A stretch of DNA of 64,000 nucleotides, taken from Magnetococcales bacterium DCbin4. Lineage in GTDB: Bacteria > Pseudomonadota > Magnetococcia > Magnetococcales > UBA8363. Below, piece after piece: positions 25,854 through 35,355 of the stretch. The notes under the pieces were generated by a model. It saw nothing but the letters and a program-made list of their open reading frames with translations. It did no database searches and was not told the origin of the DNA. Position numbers and translations under genes: made by a program. Where the stretch lies: NCBI GenBank assembly GCA_002753735.1, contig PEAN01000012.1, forward strand, positions 14,575-78,574, written 5' to 3'. Positions within the stretch are counted from its first letter, which is position 1; each line of letters starts with the position of its first letter.

Positions 25854-26954
25854 ATGGATATTGCTTGTGAGGGTGATCGGGCCAAGTTGGAAGAGTTCAT
25901 GAAAATGCTTCAAGGGCGCAAGGGGGAACGCCACGCAGTGGTGATGCAGGATTTTCCCGATCCCGATGCCCTGTCATGTGCCTGGGCCTATCGGCAGATT
26001 GTTGCCGGGATGGGGATCGAAACCGATCTGATCTATGGGGGCCGCATCAGTCACCAGGAAAACATCGCCCTGACCAACCTGCTCAAGATTGAGGTGCTTG
26101 CGATTCCTACCGATCAGTCCATTGACAAACAGCGTTACCAGGGATCGGTCTTTGTCGATAACCAGGGAACGACCTCCAATCTCGTGGACCGCCTGGAGAA
26201 AAATGGTGTTCCGGTACTTGCAATCATTGATCATCATGCCCCGCAGGACCGATTGAAACCGTTGTTCATGGACATCCGTCCCATCGGCGCCTGTGCTTCC
26301 ATTCTCACCGACTATATTTATCTGGGGGCGTTGAACCTGGTGGCATCCAACCTGAAACATAAATATCTGGCCACGGCGCTCATGCATGGCATCATCAGTG
26401 AAACCGCTTCCATGATCCGTGCCCTTCCCATGGATTTTTTTGCCGCAGCCCGTCTGCAACCCTTTTACGACAACGATCTGCTGGTGGACATACTGCATCA
26501 ACAACGCAGTCACCGGGGGATGGAAATCATCCGCCTCGCTCTGGAAAACCGTGAAATTCGTGAAGGTGTGTGTCTGTCGGGCGTCGGTTACCTGCGCGCC
26601 AGCGACCGCGATTCCATTCCCCAGGCAGCCGATTTCCTCCTGACCGAGGAGACGGTACATACCGCCATTGTTTTCGGTATCGTGACCCATTCCAACGGGG
26701 AAGAGGTGATCAGTGGTTCCCTGAGAACCACCAAATCGGCCTTGAATCCCGATGCCTTCATCAAGGAGGGATTGGGGCGCGCCGCTTCGGGTACGTTTTA
26801 CGGGGGTGGCAAGGCTTCGGCAGGTGGTTTTGAAATCCCCTTGGGTTTTCTGTCAGGTTCGGAGGACGAAGATCTGGCCAAGATGAAGTGGGATACGTTC
26901 AATGCCAAGATACGAAAGAAATTTTTCGGGAGCATCGGAGCGGACAACCCATGA
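25854..26954 (+). CDS. DHH-family phosphoesterase (NrnA-like)
   Basis: Motifs: HAVVMQDFPDPDALSCAWA (DHH motif I/II region), VFVDNQG, and LAIIDHHAP (the DHH signature). Confidence 0.7.
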   Translation: MDIACEGDRAKLEEFMKMLQGRKGERHAVVMQDFPDPDALSCAWAYRQIVAGMGIETDLIYGGRISHQENIALTNLLKIEVLAIPTDQSIDKQRYQGSVFVDNQGTTSNLVDRLEKNGVPVLAIIDHHAPQDRLKPLFMDIRPIGACASILTDYIYLGALNLVASNLKHKYLATALMHGIISETASMIRALPMDFFAAARLQPFYDNDLLVDILHQQRSHRGMEIIRLALENREIREGVCLSGVGYLRASDRDSIPQAADFLLTEETVHTAIVFGIVTHSNGEEVISGSLRTTKSALNPDAFIKEGLGRAASGTFYGGGKASAGGFEIPLGFLSGSEDEDLAKMKWDTFNAKIRKKFFGSIGADNP

Positions 26955-27844
26955 TGGCCAATCCAACGTCCAACGTTTCAGCCATCCCCCGTACACCCAA
27001 ACCGCGATGGCTCAAGGTCAAGGCCCCGTTGTCTGCCGAATGCCTTCAGGTGGAACGCCTGCTTCGGGAGTTGCAGCTTCATACCGTCTGTCAATCTGCG
27101 ACCTGTCCCAACCGGGGGCAATGCTGGAGTGAACACGAAGCCGCGTTCATGATTCTGGGCAATGTGTGTACCCGGCGTTGCGGCTTCTGCGACGTGACCA
27201 CGGGCCGTCCACGACCCGTGGATCTGGAAGAACCCAACCGTCTGGCCCATGCAGCAACACTTCTGGGTCTGAAACATGTGGTCATTACCTCGGTGAACCG
27301 TGACGACCTGGACGATGGCGGCGCATTTCAGTTTGCCGCCTGTGTCGAAGCCTTGCGTACCGCAACCACCCCACCGACGGTCGAGGTGTTGACGCCCGAT
27401 TTCCAGGGTAACCTTTCCAGTCTCGACCGGGTATTGGATGCCCGTCCGGATGTGTTCAACCTGAATATCGAAACCGTCTCCCATCTTTATCCCCGGGTCC
27501 GACCCGCTTCCAATTATCAACGGGTCCTGGATCTGTTGTCGCATGCGCATTTCCGGCGACAGGCAGCGGTTAAATCGGGAATCATGCTGGGTTTGGGCGA
27601 GGAACCCGAGGAGGTGATCCAAACCTTGAATGATCTTCGGGCCAGTGGTGTCACGATGATCACCATCGGACAATATTTGCGTCCCAGCCCTGCGCATCTG
27701 CCCGTGGTGCGTTATGTTCCACCGGAAGAGTTTGAACACATCGGGCAGAAGGCAAGAGAATTGGGATTCCTCCGGGTTGCGAGTCATCCGTTGGCACGTT
27801 CATCCTTTCATGCCGAACGTCTGTTCCATGGTTCTCCATCCTGA
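26951..27844 (+). CDS. lipA: Lipoyl synthase
   Basis: N-terminal cluster CQSATCPNRGQCW and radical-SAM CTRRCGFCDV. KSGIMLGLGE and the ITIGQYLRPS tail. ATGA overlap with the upstream stop. The ORF-track start 26888 lies inside the DHH gene. Confidence 0.9.
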   Translation: MMANPTSNVSAIPRTPKPRWLKVKAPLSAECLQVERLLRELQLHTVCQSATCPNRGQCWSEHEAAFMILGNVCTRRCGFCDVTTGRPRPVDLEEPNRLAHAATLLGLKHVVITSVNRDDLDDGGAFQFAACVEALRTATTPPTVEVLTPDFQGNLSSLDRVLDARPDVFNLNIETVSHLYPRVRPASNYQRVLDLLSHAHFRRQAAVKSGIMLGLGEEPEEVIQTLNDLRASGVTMITIGQYLRPSPAHLPVVRYVPPEEFEHIGQKARELGFLRVASHPLARSSFHAERLFHGSPS

Positions 27845-28511
27845 ATCCGTCCGAAGGGGATCCCAGCCCTATGACCTCATGCGTCCGGGTCGGATCGATT
27901 ATTTTCAAGCCCTGGCCATGCAACAACAACGGGTGGAAACCCTGATCAATCAGGGGGGGCCCAATCTGCTCATCCTTTTGGAACATCCCCCCGTCTATAC
28001 CGTGGGTCGTTCCGGCAAGCCGGGAGAGGTCTTGGGTTTGGGGGCGGGGTGTTCTTCCATTCCGGTCATTCCGACCGACCGGGGGGGGCGGGTCACCTAT
28101 CATGGACCAGGACAATTGGTCGCTTATGTCATTCGCGACCTGCGACCCGATACTGGAAGGGTTTTGGATCACGTCCGACGTTTGGAAGAGCTGGTATTGC
28201 GGACGCTGGCCGATTTTGGCATTCAAGGGAGTCGGGAGCGGATCAACCCCGGGGTTTGGGTTGGTCAGGAGAAAATTGCGGCCCTCGGGGTTCGCATTCG
28301 CCGGGGGATCACCTATCATGGCATCGCCATCAACCGCGACCCTGACCTTGCTCATTTTTCCGGGATTATTCCTTGTGGCATCATGGACCGGGGTGTCACC
28401 TCCATGGCCCGTCTGGGTTGCAGGGTGACCTCTGAGGCATTGGAAGCATCGCTGCTGTCGATTTTCACCGAGGTCTTTGACGCGTCCCTGACGCCTTGTC
28501 AGGAGCAATGA
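27828..28511 (+). CDS. lipB: Octanoyltransferase
   Basis: LLILLEHPPVYTVGRSG, RGGRVTYHGPGQLVAYVI, KIAALGVRIRRGITYHGIAIN and IIPCGI are canonical LipB motifs. I prefer the start at 27828 (MVLHPES..), a 17-nt overlap with lipA. Confidence 0.85.
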   Translation: MVLHPESVRRGSQPYDLMRPGRIDYFQALAMQQQRVETLINQGGPNLLILLEHPPVYTVGRSGKPGEVLGLGAGCSSIPVIPTDRGGRVTYHGPGQLVAYVIRDLRPDTGRVLDHVRRLEELVLRTLADFGIQGSRERINPGVWVGQEKIAALGVRIRRGITYHGIAINRDPDLAHFSGIIPCGIMDRGVTSMARLGCRVTSEALEASLLSIFTEVFDASLTPCQEQ

Positions 28512-28538
28512 TCAAGACTGGAGAAGAAAGGTTAGTCC

Positions 28539-28979
28539 ATGAGCACCATTGAAACACCATTGTTGACTGCCGACATCATCATTGAACTCCTGGACCATGC
28601 CCATCGCCCGATAGTTCTGATTGAAAGAAAAAATCCTCCCCATGGCTGGGCCATTCCCGGTGGATTCGTTGATCGGGGCGAGCGGGTGGAACTGGCGGCC
28701 AGGCGTGAAGCCTTGGAAGAGACCGGATTGACCGTGACCTTGACCACATTGTTGGGGCTGTATTCCGCCCCCAACCGGGATCCCAGGTTTCATACCGTCA
28801 CCGCCCTCTATGTTGCCCGGGCGCATGGGACCCCGGTTGCCATGGATGATGCCAAAAGCGTGGCAATTCATGACATTGACCGTCTACCACAACATTTGGC
28901 GTTTGACCACGACCTGATGCTGGCCGATTATCTGGCATGGCGTACCCATGGTCGTCTGGCGCCACTCAGGGAGGAATGA
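28539..28979 (+). CDS. NUDIX hydrolase
   Basis: Nudix box: GGFVDRGERVELAARREALEETGL. Confidence 0.8.
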   Translation: MSTIETPLLTADIIIELLDHAHRPIVLIERKNPPHGWAIPGGFVDRGERVELAARREALEETGLTVTLTTLLGLYSAPNRDPRFHTVTALYVARAHGTPVAMDDAKSVAIHDIDRLPQHLAFDHDLMLADYLAWRTHGRLAPLREE

Positions 28980-28982
28980 GTC

Positions 28983-30341
28983 ATGGGTCGAAAAAAAACA
29001 ATGATCCATACAATTCTGCTTTCGGTTTTTCTGTTCACGACCGATGGCATGGCAGCGCTGCCAGCGGTGGTCAATGGTCAACCGCTGCCATCATTGGCCG
29101 ACATGCTGGAAAAGGTGGTGGTCAGTGTCGTCAATATTACCACCAGCACCCGCATCCGCACGGTGGAACATCCCTTGTTAAGCGATCCGTTTTTCAGCCG
29201 GTTTTTCAACCTGCCGCAGATGGAACGGGAAAAGACCCAGCAAAGTCTGGGGTCGGGCGTCATCGTCGATGCCTCCAGGGGGTTGGTCATCACCAACTAC
29301 CACGTCATCCAGAAGGCGGATACCATTGCGGTCACATTGCGCAATGGCGCCACCCTTCAGGGAAAACGGGTGGGACTGGATCGTGAAACCGATATCGGAC
29401 TGATCCAGATTCCCCCCGAAGGACTCAAGGCGGCGACCCTTGGTGATTCCGATGCCTTGCGGGTGGGCGATTTCGTCGTGGCCATCGGCAACCCCTTCGG
29501 ACTGGGACAGACGGTCACCTCCGGTATCGTCAGCGCCCTGGGAAGAAAAGGGTTGGGCATCGAAGGCTATGAAGATTTCATCCAAACCGATGCCTCCATC
29601 AATCCGGGCAATTCGGGGGGGGCACTGGTCAATCTGCGGGGTGAGTTGATCGGCATCAATACCGCCATCCTCGCCCAGGGGGGGGGCAACGTGGGAATCG
29701 GCTTCGCCATCCCCATCAACATGGCGCAACGAATCATCAAACAATTGATCGATTTCGGTGAGGTACGGCGTGGATTGCTGGGGATCAGTTCCCAGGATTT
29801 GACCCGTGATCTGGCCAATGCTTTTGGCTCCAGTCAACTCCACGGCGCGGTCATCACCCGCGTCATTCCCGGATCCTCCGCCGAAAAGGCGGGATTACGC
29901 CCGGGAGATGTCATCCTGTCCGCCAACGGCCGTCCCATCCAGGATTCGGCCAGCCTGCGCAACCTGATCGGGCTTGCCCTGGTCGGGGAACGAATCCAGA
30001 TGGAACTGTTGCGGGATGGCAAACGCCGTCAGATCACCGCCGAAGTCACCGAACCCATGATCCAACGGATCGATGGCAAGCGGATTGATCCCCGTTTCCA
30101 AGGGGCTGTTCTGGAGAAGAAGGAAGATGGTCAACAGGTTGAACCCATCATCGTGATTGGGGTGAAACCAGAAAGCTCCGCTTGGCAGGCGGGATTGCGT
30201 GAGGGAGATCGGATCCTTTCAGTCAATCGCCAAACGGTCGGCTCCTTTGAAGAATTATCCGCGGTCGTGCAAAAAAACAAACAGGAAATGCTGCTCAACA
30301 TACAAAGGGGACAAGAAGGATTTTTTATTCTTGTTCGATAA
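28983..30341 (+). CDS. degP: Periplasmic serine endoprotease, DegP/DegQ/HtrA family (two PDZ domains)
   Basis: Signal peptide. Trypsin-fold triad context: VITNYHVI, DIGLIQI, INPGNSGGALVN. Two PDZ-like repeats: GSSAEKAGLRPGDVILSANG and ESSAWQAGLREGDRILSVN. Confidence 0.9.
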   Translation: MGRKKTMIHTILLSVFLFTTDGMAALPAVVNGQPLPSLADMLEKVVVSVVNITTSTRIRTVEHPLLSDPFFSRFFNLPQMEREKTQQSLGSGVIVDASRGLVITNYHVIQKADTIAVTLRNGATLQGKRVGLDRETDIGLIQIPPEGLKAATLGDSDALRVGDFVVAIGNPFGLGQTVTSGIVSALGRKGLGIEGYEDFIQTDASINPGNSGGALVNLRGELIGINTAILAQGGGNVGIGFAIPINMAQRIIKQLIDFGEVRRGLLGISSQDLTRDLANAFGSSQLHGAVITRVIPGSSAEKAGLRPGDVILSANGRPIQDSASLRNLIGLALVGERIQMELLRDGKRRQITAEVTEPMIQRIDGKRIDPRFQGAVLEKKEDGQQVEPIIVIGVKPESSAWQAGLREGDRILSVNRQTVGSFEELSAVVQKNKQEMLLNIQRGQEGFFILVR

Positions 30342-30394
30342 AATTTCCTGTATCAATAATCCGTCATCACCAAATTGGGTAAAGGAGAGGATCG

Positions 30395-31483
30395 ATGCAG
30401 AGAAGGGGTATGCTCAAGGCTTTGGCCATTGGAGCCGCCGGTCTGGTGACCGCCATGACCCAGCCCGTGCGCGCACGGGCTGAAAATGAGAAAAAAATTC
30501 GCTGGAAAATGGTGACCACCTGGCCACAAAACTTTCCCGGATTGGGAACTGGCGCCAACTTTCTGGCCAAGACCATCGGCGAATTGAGTGGTGGCCGCAT
30601 GGAAGTCAAGGTATTTGGCGCCAATGAACTGGTCGGCCCTTTCGAAGTGTTCGACGCCGTGTCCCGGGGAACGGCTCAAATGGGTCACGGGGCCGCCTAT
30701 TATTGGAAAGGCAAACATCCCGCCAGCCAATTCTTTGCCGCCGTCCCCTTTGGTTTGAACGCCCAGGAAATGAATGCCTGGTTGTATCATGGGGGTGGAT
30801 TGGAGTTGTGGACGGAACTTTATGCCAAGTTCAACATGATTCCGGCGGCAGTGGGCAATACCGGCGTGCAGATGGGGGGATGGTTCAACAAGGAAATAAA
30901 CAGCATCAATGACTTGAACGGCCTGAAAATGCGCATCCCCGGCCTGGGGGGGGAAGTGTTGAAAAAGGCGGGGGGAACACCGGTCAATCTGCCGGGAGGA
31001 GAAATTTTTTCATCGTTGCAATCGGGAGCCATCGATGCAACCGAGTGGATTGGTCCTTACAATGATCTGGCGTTCGGCCTGCATAAGGCTGCAAAAATCT
31101 ATTATTATCCCGGTTGGCATGAACCGGGAACCACCATGGAGGGATTGATCAACCTGAAAGCCCATCAGGAGCTGCCGGGAGATCTGCAAAAAATCGTCAT
31201 CGCTGCCTGTCGTGTGGCCAACCTGGACATGTTGTCCGAATTGACGGCCCGCAACAACGCTGCTCTGACCACTCTGGTCAAGGAACACAAAGTCGATCTG
31301 CGTCCGTTTCCCGTGGAGGTCTTGAAGAAGCTCAAGGAACTCTCCGATGTTGTTGTCGCTGAGATCGCTGAGCAGGATCCTTTTTCCAAAAAAGTGTTCG
31401 ATTCCTTCACCTCCTTCCGTGAACAAGCCATTCACTGGCATTCGGTATCGGAGCAGGCTTATTTCAATGCACGCAAAGGATGA
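30395..31483 (+). CDS. TRAP-transporter substrate-binding protein (DctP family), Tat-type signal
   Basis: MQRRGMLKALAIGAAGLVTAMTQPVRA, then the typical DctP-like body (WKMVTTWPQNFPGLG.., GAIDATEWIGPYND). No DctQ or DctM membrane genes are adjacent. Confidence 0.75.
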   Translation: MQRRGMLKALAIGAAGLVTAMTQPVRARAENEKKIRWKMVTTWPQNFPGLGTGANFLAKTIGELSGGRMEVKVFGANELVGPFEVFDAVSRGTAQMGHGAAYYWKGKHPASQFFAAVPFGLNAQEMNAWLYHGGGLELWTELYAKFNMIPAAVGNTGVQMGGWFNKEINSINDLNGLKMRIPGLGGEVLKKAGGTPVNLPGGEIFSSLQSGAIDATEWIGPYNDLAFGLHKAAKIYYYPGWHEPGTTMEGLINLKAHQELPGDLQKIVIAACRVANLDMLSELTARNNAALTTLVKEHKVDLRPFPVEVLKKLKELSDVVVAEIAEQDPFSKKVFDSFTSFREQAIHWHSVSEQAYFNARKG

Positions 31484-32537
31484 GTTCATCGTATCCGGGG
31501 AGCGACATGGGGGTGGGGCCGGGTGGGTCGTGGCGTTGCTGCTGATGTTTGGTTTGGCCATCGGTGTGGGAACGGATGGCTCCCATGCCGATTCATCACG
31601 GCTCATCACCACCCCCCCCCTCGATCCCGACCGATCATGGGAAGGATTTCTTGGGAGAAACGAAAACCTGATGGTCAAATACATGGACCTGGAACCCCTG
31701 GGTCTGCGTGGTCAGGGACGAATGGTGTTGCATTCTCTGCATCCGTTGGTCAGCGTGGTCAGTTTCGACAAGGTCGTGGGCAATCCTGAACTGTGGCTCA
31801 AGCGGATGGCAGGATCTTCGGCCCTGGCGCACTGGCTGTTGGAACGCCATAAACTCGGAGAGGTCAAGCTGTCCAAACTTGAAGTCCTGATGACGACCGA
31901 GGGAATCGATTTCAGGTTTGAACGGGCGGAAAACGCGGATGGCCATCTGACCCGGGGGCGGGGACGATTCAGCCTTGATGGTTCATGGGCCATCCGTACC
32001 GGTCCATTGTGGCTCGGAAGTCCCCCATTCAAAAATCTGGATCCCCCCTTGGCACGTCCCATCGGCTTTGGCTCCATGGATATTTTCGGTTCCAAGGGGC
32101 GTTGTAAAATGATTTTGACCGAGGCATTTGCGCTCGATGCCAGTACCGGCACGTTCGTCATGAACGCTTTGTGGAATGAAGCTGCCATCAAGGGGCGGAT
32201 TGAACAGGCGCAAGCAGAAATCGGGATGGAGCTTTCCACTTTTCGGGTCAACGATGCCTTCTTTGAGCAAGGTCCACGCGAACTTGCCCGGAATCTGCTG
32301 GCCTATGCCGGTCTGACTCCCTCCTGGGGCATGGCCTTTCCAAGAATCACCTTGTCGGGTACCCTTTCGGGTCCAAAATATCAGATCAAAACCTTGCGCC
32401 TCTCTTCTCCCAAGCTTCAGGTATGGGGTGAGGCACGTGGGATATGGAACCCCTTTCCCGGATCGTTGATCCTGGACCTGAGTGCCAAAAGTCCAGGCAA
32501 TGAAACGAAAAATTTTACCTGGTCTTCGGAAAAATAG
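31467..32537 (+). CDS. Hypothetical membrane-anchored protein
   Basis: ATG at 31467 (MHAKDEF..GGAGWVVALLLMFGLAIGVG, a single TM), a 17-nt overlap with the DctP stop. No motif recognised. The coding C9 run is at 31612-31620. Confidence 0.5.
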   Translation: MHAKDEFIVSGERHGGGAGWVVALLLMFGLAIGVGTDGSHADSSRLITTPPLDPDRSWEGFLGRNENLMVKYMDLEPLGLRGQGRMVLHSLHPLVSVVSFDKVVGNPELWLKRMAGSSALAHWLLERHKLGEVKLSKLEVLMTTEGIDFRFERAENADGHLTRGRGRFSLDGSWAIRTGPLWLGSPPFKNLDPPLARPIGFGSMDIFGSKGRCKMILTEAFALDASTGTFVMNALWNEAAIKGRIEQAQAEIGMELSTFRVNDAFFEQGPRELARNLLAYAGLTPSWGMAFPRITLSGTLSGPKYQIKTLRLSSPKLQVWGEARGIWNPFPGSLILDLSAKSPGNETKNFTWSSEK

Positions 32538-32776
32538 TTGACCCTGCCGATGGGTTCATCCGGCTGGATTCTGGACGCAACTGGTGCTGAATTTAATCAA
32601 TTCCAGTGGACTGGAAAGGTGAAATCCTGGACAATCCGACTGTGGGTAAGGTGTTTCGCTGTGGCCCAACGTCTTGCCATCAAGTTTCGGTCATATCTGA
32701 TCAGAACCTCTTCTCGCGAATGGTCCTTTTGAAATCAGAATTGAGGGCGAAGTGACGCTTGAGGCTAATTGGAGTT

Positions 32777-33634
32777 ATGCAAAGTCATAAAGTAAAAGAC
32801 AGATCCCAGTACGATACCACCCTCAAGGATTTGTTTGAAAAGCCGCCTCAACGGTTGTTGCAGATTCTGATCGGACGGGAAGCTGTGGAACTGCTGCCAG
32901 TGGAATTCGCTTCCATCCAAAAGCGTCTTCCCGATCTGGTGTTTCTGCTGGAGGATGATTCGATTTTCCATCTGGAACTGCAAAGCAATTCTGAGGGTAT
33001 GGACTGGCGTATGCTGATGTATTACTCGTTGATCCGTCAGCGTTATCCAAGCAGGGTTCTGGTTCAGAAAGTGCTGTACATTGGGCTGAACGAGTGGCAT
33101 CCCGGATCGGCCATCGAAGAACCGAGTTTATCTTTTCGTTACGAGGTGGTTGACATCCGCAATATCGACTGTCGGGAATTGATGGACAGCTCATCCTTGG
33201 AGGAAAACATCCTGGCGATTCTTTGTCGGATCGACAACAAGAAAGTGATCATCCAGGAAATTTTGTATCGAATCAGTGAACTGCCGATCAAAGCCAGGGC
33301 GGATGCCCTGACAAAATTGGTCATCTTATCCAGGTTGCGTCGGCTGGAAACGGTAGTCAAAATGGAGGCTGAAGAAATGTCACTGACCTTTAATTTAATG
33401 GAAAACGATGTGTTCCGGCCAATAATCATGAAGGCGCAGATGGATAGTGAGCAAAAAGGCCGCCAAGAAGGGGAAGCTACGATCCTGACACGCCAGTTAC
33501 AACGCCGTTTTGGTGATGTGCCTGAATGGGCCAATAAAAAAATCGCTGAGGCTGAACCATCCTCCCTGGAGGAGTGGAGCCTCCGCATCTTCGATGCCCA
33601 GTCCCTGGACGAGGTTTTCTCGGACAAGGCGTAG
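32777..33634 (+). CDS. Rpn/YhgA-like putative PD-(D/E)xK nuclease with a C-terminal DUF4351-like tail
   Basis: YDTTLKDLFEKPPQRLL.., RLPDLVFLLEDDSIFHLELQS (D..E.Q nuclease-core pattern) and a C-terminal EGEATILTRQLQRRFGDVPEW...IFDAQSLDEV. ATG at 32777 is preceded by GGAG. Confidence 0.55.
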   Translation: MQSHKVKDRSQYDTTLKDLFEKPPQRLLQILIGREAVELLPVEFASIQKRLPDLVFLLEDDSIFHLELQSNSEGMDWRMLMYYSLIRQRYPSRVLVQKVLYIGLNEWHPGSAIEEPSLSFRYEVVDIRNIDCRELMDSSSLEENILAILCRIDNKKVIIQEILYRISELPIKARADALTKLVILSRLRRLETVVKMEAEEMSLTFNLMENDVFRPIIMKAQMDSEQKGRQEGEATILTRQLQRRFGDVPEWANKKIAEAEPSSLEEWSLRIFDAQSLDEVFSDKA

Positions 33635-33707
33635 TTCGTAATCGTTCAGATCCCCTTCGTGTCGTATTGACATTCATTATTAAGAAAAAAAGGGGTCTCA
33701 TTTCTTG

Positions 33708-34835
33708 TCACTGCAAGCCCGATCCAGCTTCCTGACTGATCAAACTGTTCAACAGTATTTTATAGTTCCGTTCGATCCGAACCGGCCATTTTTCGGTAAA
33801 AAATTCGGAGCGGTTCAACAGGTCGGCAGGGGGATTGATCACCGGATCCTTGAAAAATTCAGGTGGTAGAAAGGGGAGGGCCGCTTCGTTGGTTGGGGTA
33901 TAATGGAGGGTGTTGGCGATTTGGGCCGCATGGCGGGGTTCATGAAGAAAATTGATGAAGTCATAGGCTTGTTGCTTCCGTTTTGAACTGGCCAGAACCG
34001 CCAGGCAATCCATCCATAACAATGCCCCCTCTTCCGGGACGACATAGGTGATCCTGGGTTCAAATTCCTGTAATGAAATGGCGTCGCCATTGTACAGGGT
34101 GGCAGCCCATATATCGCCCGTTACCAATCCGGAACGGGCGTCCATGGAAGGGTAACCATACGTTTTAACATGGGGCCTTTGGGCCAATAGTGTTGCGGTT
34201 GCTGTCTGAACTGCCTTCATGGAATGGTCGTTCCATGAGTATCCGTTTGCCTTCAATGCCATTCCGACCAGATTTCTCGAATCTTTTTCCATGAGAATCT
34301 TCTGGTGCAATGATGGGACGGGAACGAGCAGGTCACGCCACCGGGTCATCGTCGTCTTCAGCAGGTCGGGACGATAGGCAATCCCCAGTGTGCCCCAATG
34401 AAACGGGACGGAATGGTGAATGATCGAAGGAAATTCTTTGAGCCAACGTTTTCCAATGTATTTCATGTTGGGGACGAGGGTGGTGTTCACAGGCGCCAAC
34501 CATCCCTGTTGGACATATCCATTGACCCGATCACAGGTGACCTGCATCAGGTCATATCCTTCGCTGTTGGTCTGGGCCAGGAGTTCATCCCGGGTTTCAT
34601 CCGTTTCAAACAGCACCATCCGAAAGTGAATCCCGGTTTCTTCTTCAAACTTTTTGACAAGATTGAAGTCCATGTATTCGGGCCAGTTGAGCATGACAAT
34701 CTCTTGATATTCTTTTTGTTCCCCGGCATAAAGCAATGTGGGGATGAACTGTGGCACAAAAAAGGCCATCAGAAGAAACAAGCCATGCACGAACATCATG
34801 GTCCATATCCTGAACTTGGAAACGTCTGCGCTCAT
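33708..34835 (-). CDS. Periplasmic polyamine (PotD/PotF-like) ABC substrate-binding protein
   Basis: Start at MSADVSKFRIWTMMFVHGLFLLMAFFV (signal; cat at 34833-34835). Body motifs: YDLMQVTCD, WGTLGIAYRPDL, WAATLYNGDA. The longer ORF-track start 35033 would overlap hypA. Confidence 0.65.
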   Translation of the reverse strand: MSADVSKFRIWTMMFVHGLFLLMAFFVPQFIPTLLYAGEQKEYQEIVMLNWPEYMDFNLVKKFEEETGIHFRMVLFETDETRDELLAQTNSEGYDLMQVTCDRVNGYVQQGWLAPVNTTLVPNMKYIGKRWLKEFPSIIHHSVPFHWGTLGIAYRPDLLKTTMTRWRDLLVPVPSLHQKILMEKDSRNLVGMALKANGYSWNDHSMKAVQTATATLLAQRPHVKTYGYPSMDARSGLVTGDIWAATLYNGDAISLQEFEPRITYVVPEEGALLWMDCLAVLASSKRKQQAYDFINFLHEPRHAAQIANTLHYTPTNEAALPFLPPEFFKDPVINPPADLLNRSEFFTEKWPVRIERNYKILLNSLISQEAGSGLQ

Positions 34836-34943
34836 GATTGAACATTCACAAATTATTTTTTTGATGTATCGTATAGTTTTCGATGATGATTTGCAAGAAC
34901 CTATTGACAGGTTGGATGACATTGCCAACATAATGAGATTTTG

Positions 34944-35291
34944 ATGCATGAATTTTCCGTTTGCCAGGCATTGATGGAACAGGTCACCGTCATTGCCGAT
35001 CAACACCCAGGGGGACGAATCGTTGGCATTCATCTTTACAATGGCCCGCTCTCCGGTGTCGATTCAACCTTGTTGCAGCATGCCTTTGAATTCAGTAAAA
35101 AAGAAACACTGTTTGCCGACTGCCTGCTGTCCATTGAAAATCATCCATTGCGCGTTCATTGCCGGAATTGTTTGAATGATCGGGAGATCGCTGTCAACGA
35201 TTGGACCTGTCCGGTTTGTGCATCACTTGATACCGAGGTCATCGGGGGGGAGGAGCTGATTCTGGCCCAAGTGCAACTGGATGTCCCATGA
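34944..35291 (+). CDS. hypA: Hydrogenase nickel-insertion protein HypA
   Basis: MHEFSVCQALMEQV N-terminus (MHE Ni site) and the Zn site CRNC..(n)..CPVC. Confidence 0.85.
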   Translation: MHEFSVCQALMEQVTVIADQHPGGRIVGIHLYNGPLSGVDSTLLQHAFEFSKKETLFADCLLSIENHPLRVHCRNCLNDREIAVNDWTCPVCASLDTEVIGGEELILAQVQLDVP

Positions 35292-35355
35292 ACATCCCTC
35301 CTGGGCGTCGATCCCCGATGGATCATCATAACCCTGAGCCACCAGGAGGCCGTTC

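Noticed and set aside
25974-28508. Minus-strand ORFs 25974..26690, 26978..27787 and 27660..28508
   Set aside because: They lie opposite the DHH, lipA and lipB genes, whose + frames contain canonical catalytic motifs. No motifs appear in the minus translations.
32538-32732. A 64-aa ORF in the spacer before the Rpn-like gene
   Set aside because: It has no ribosome-binding site, a TTG-type start and a Trp/Arg-rich composition typical of random ORFs.
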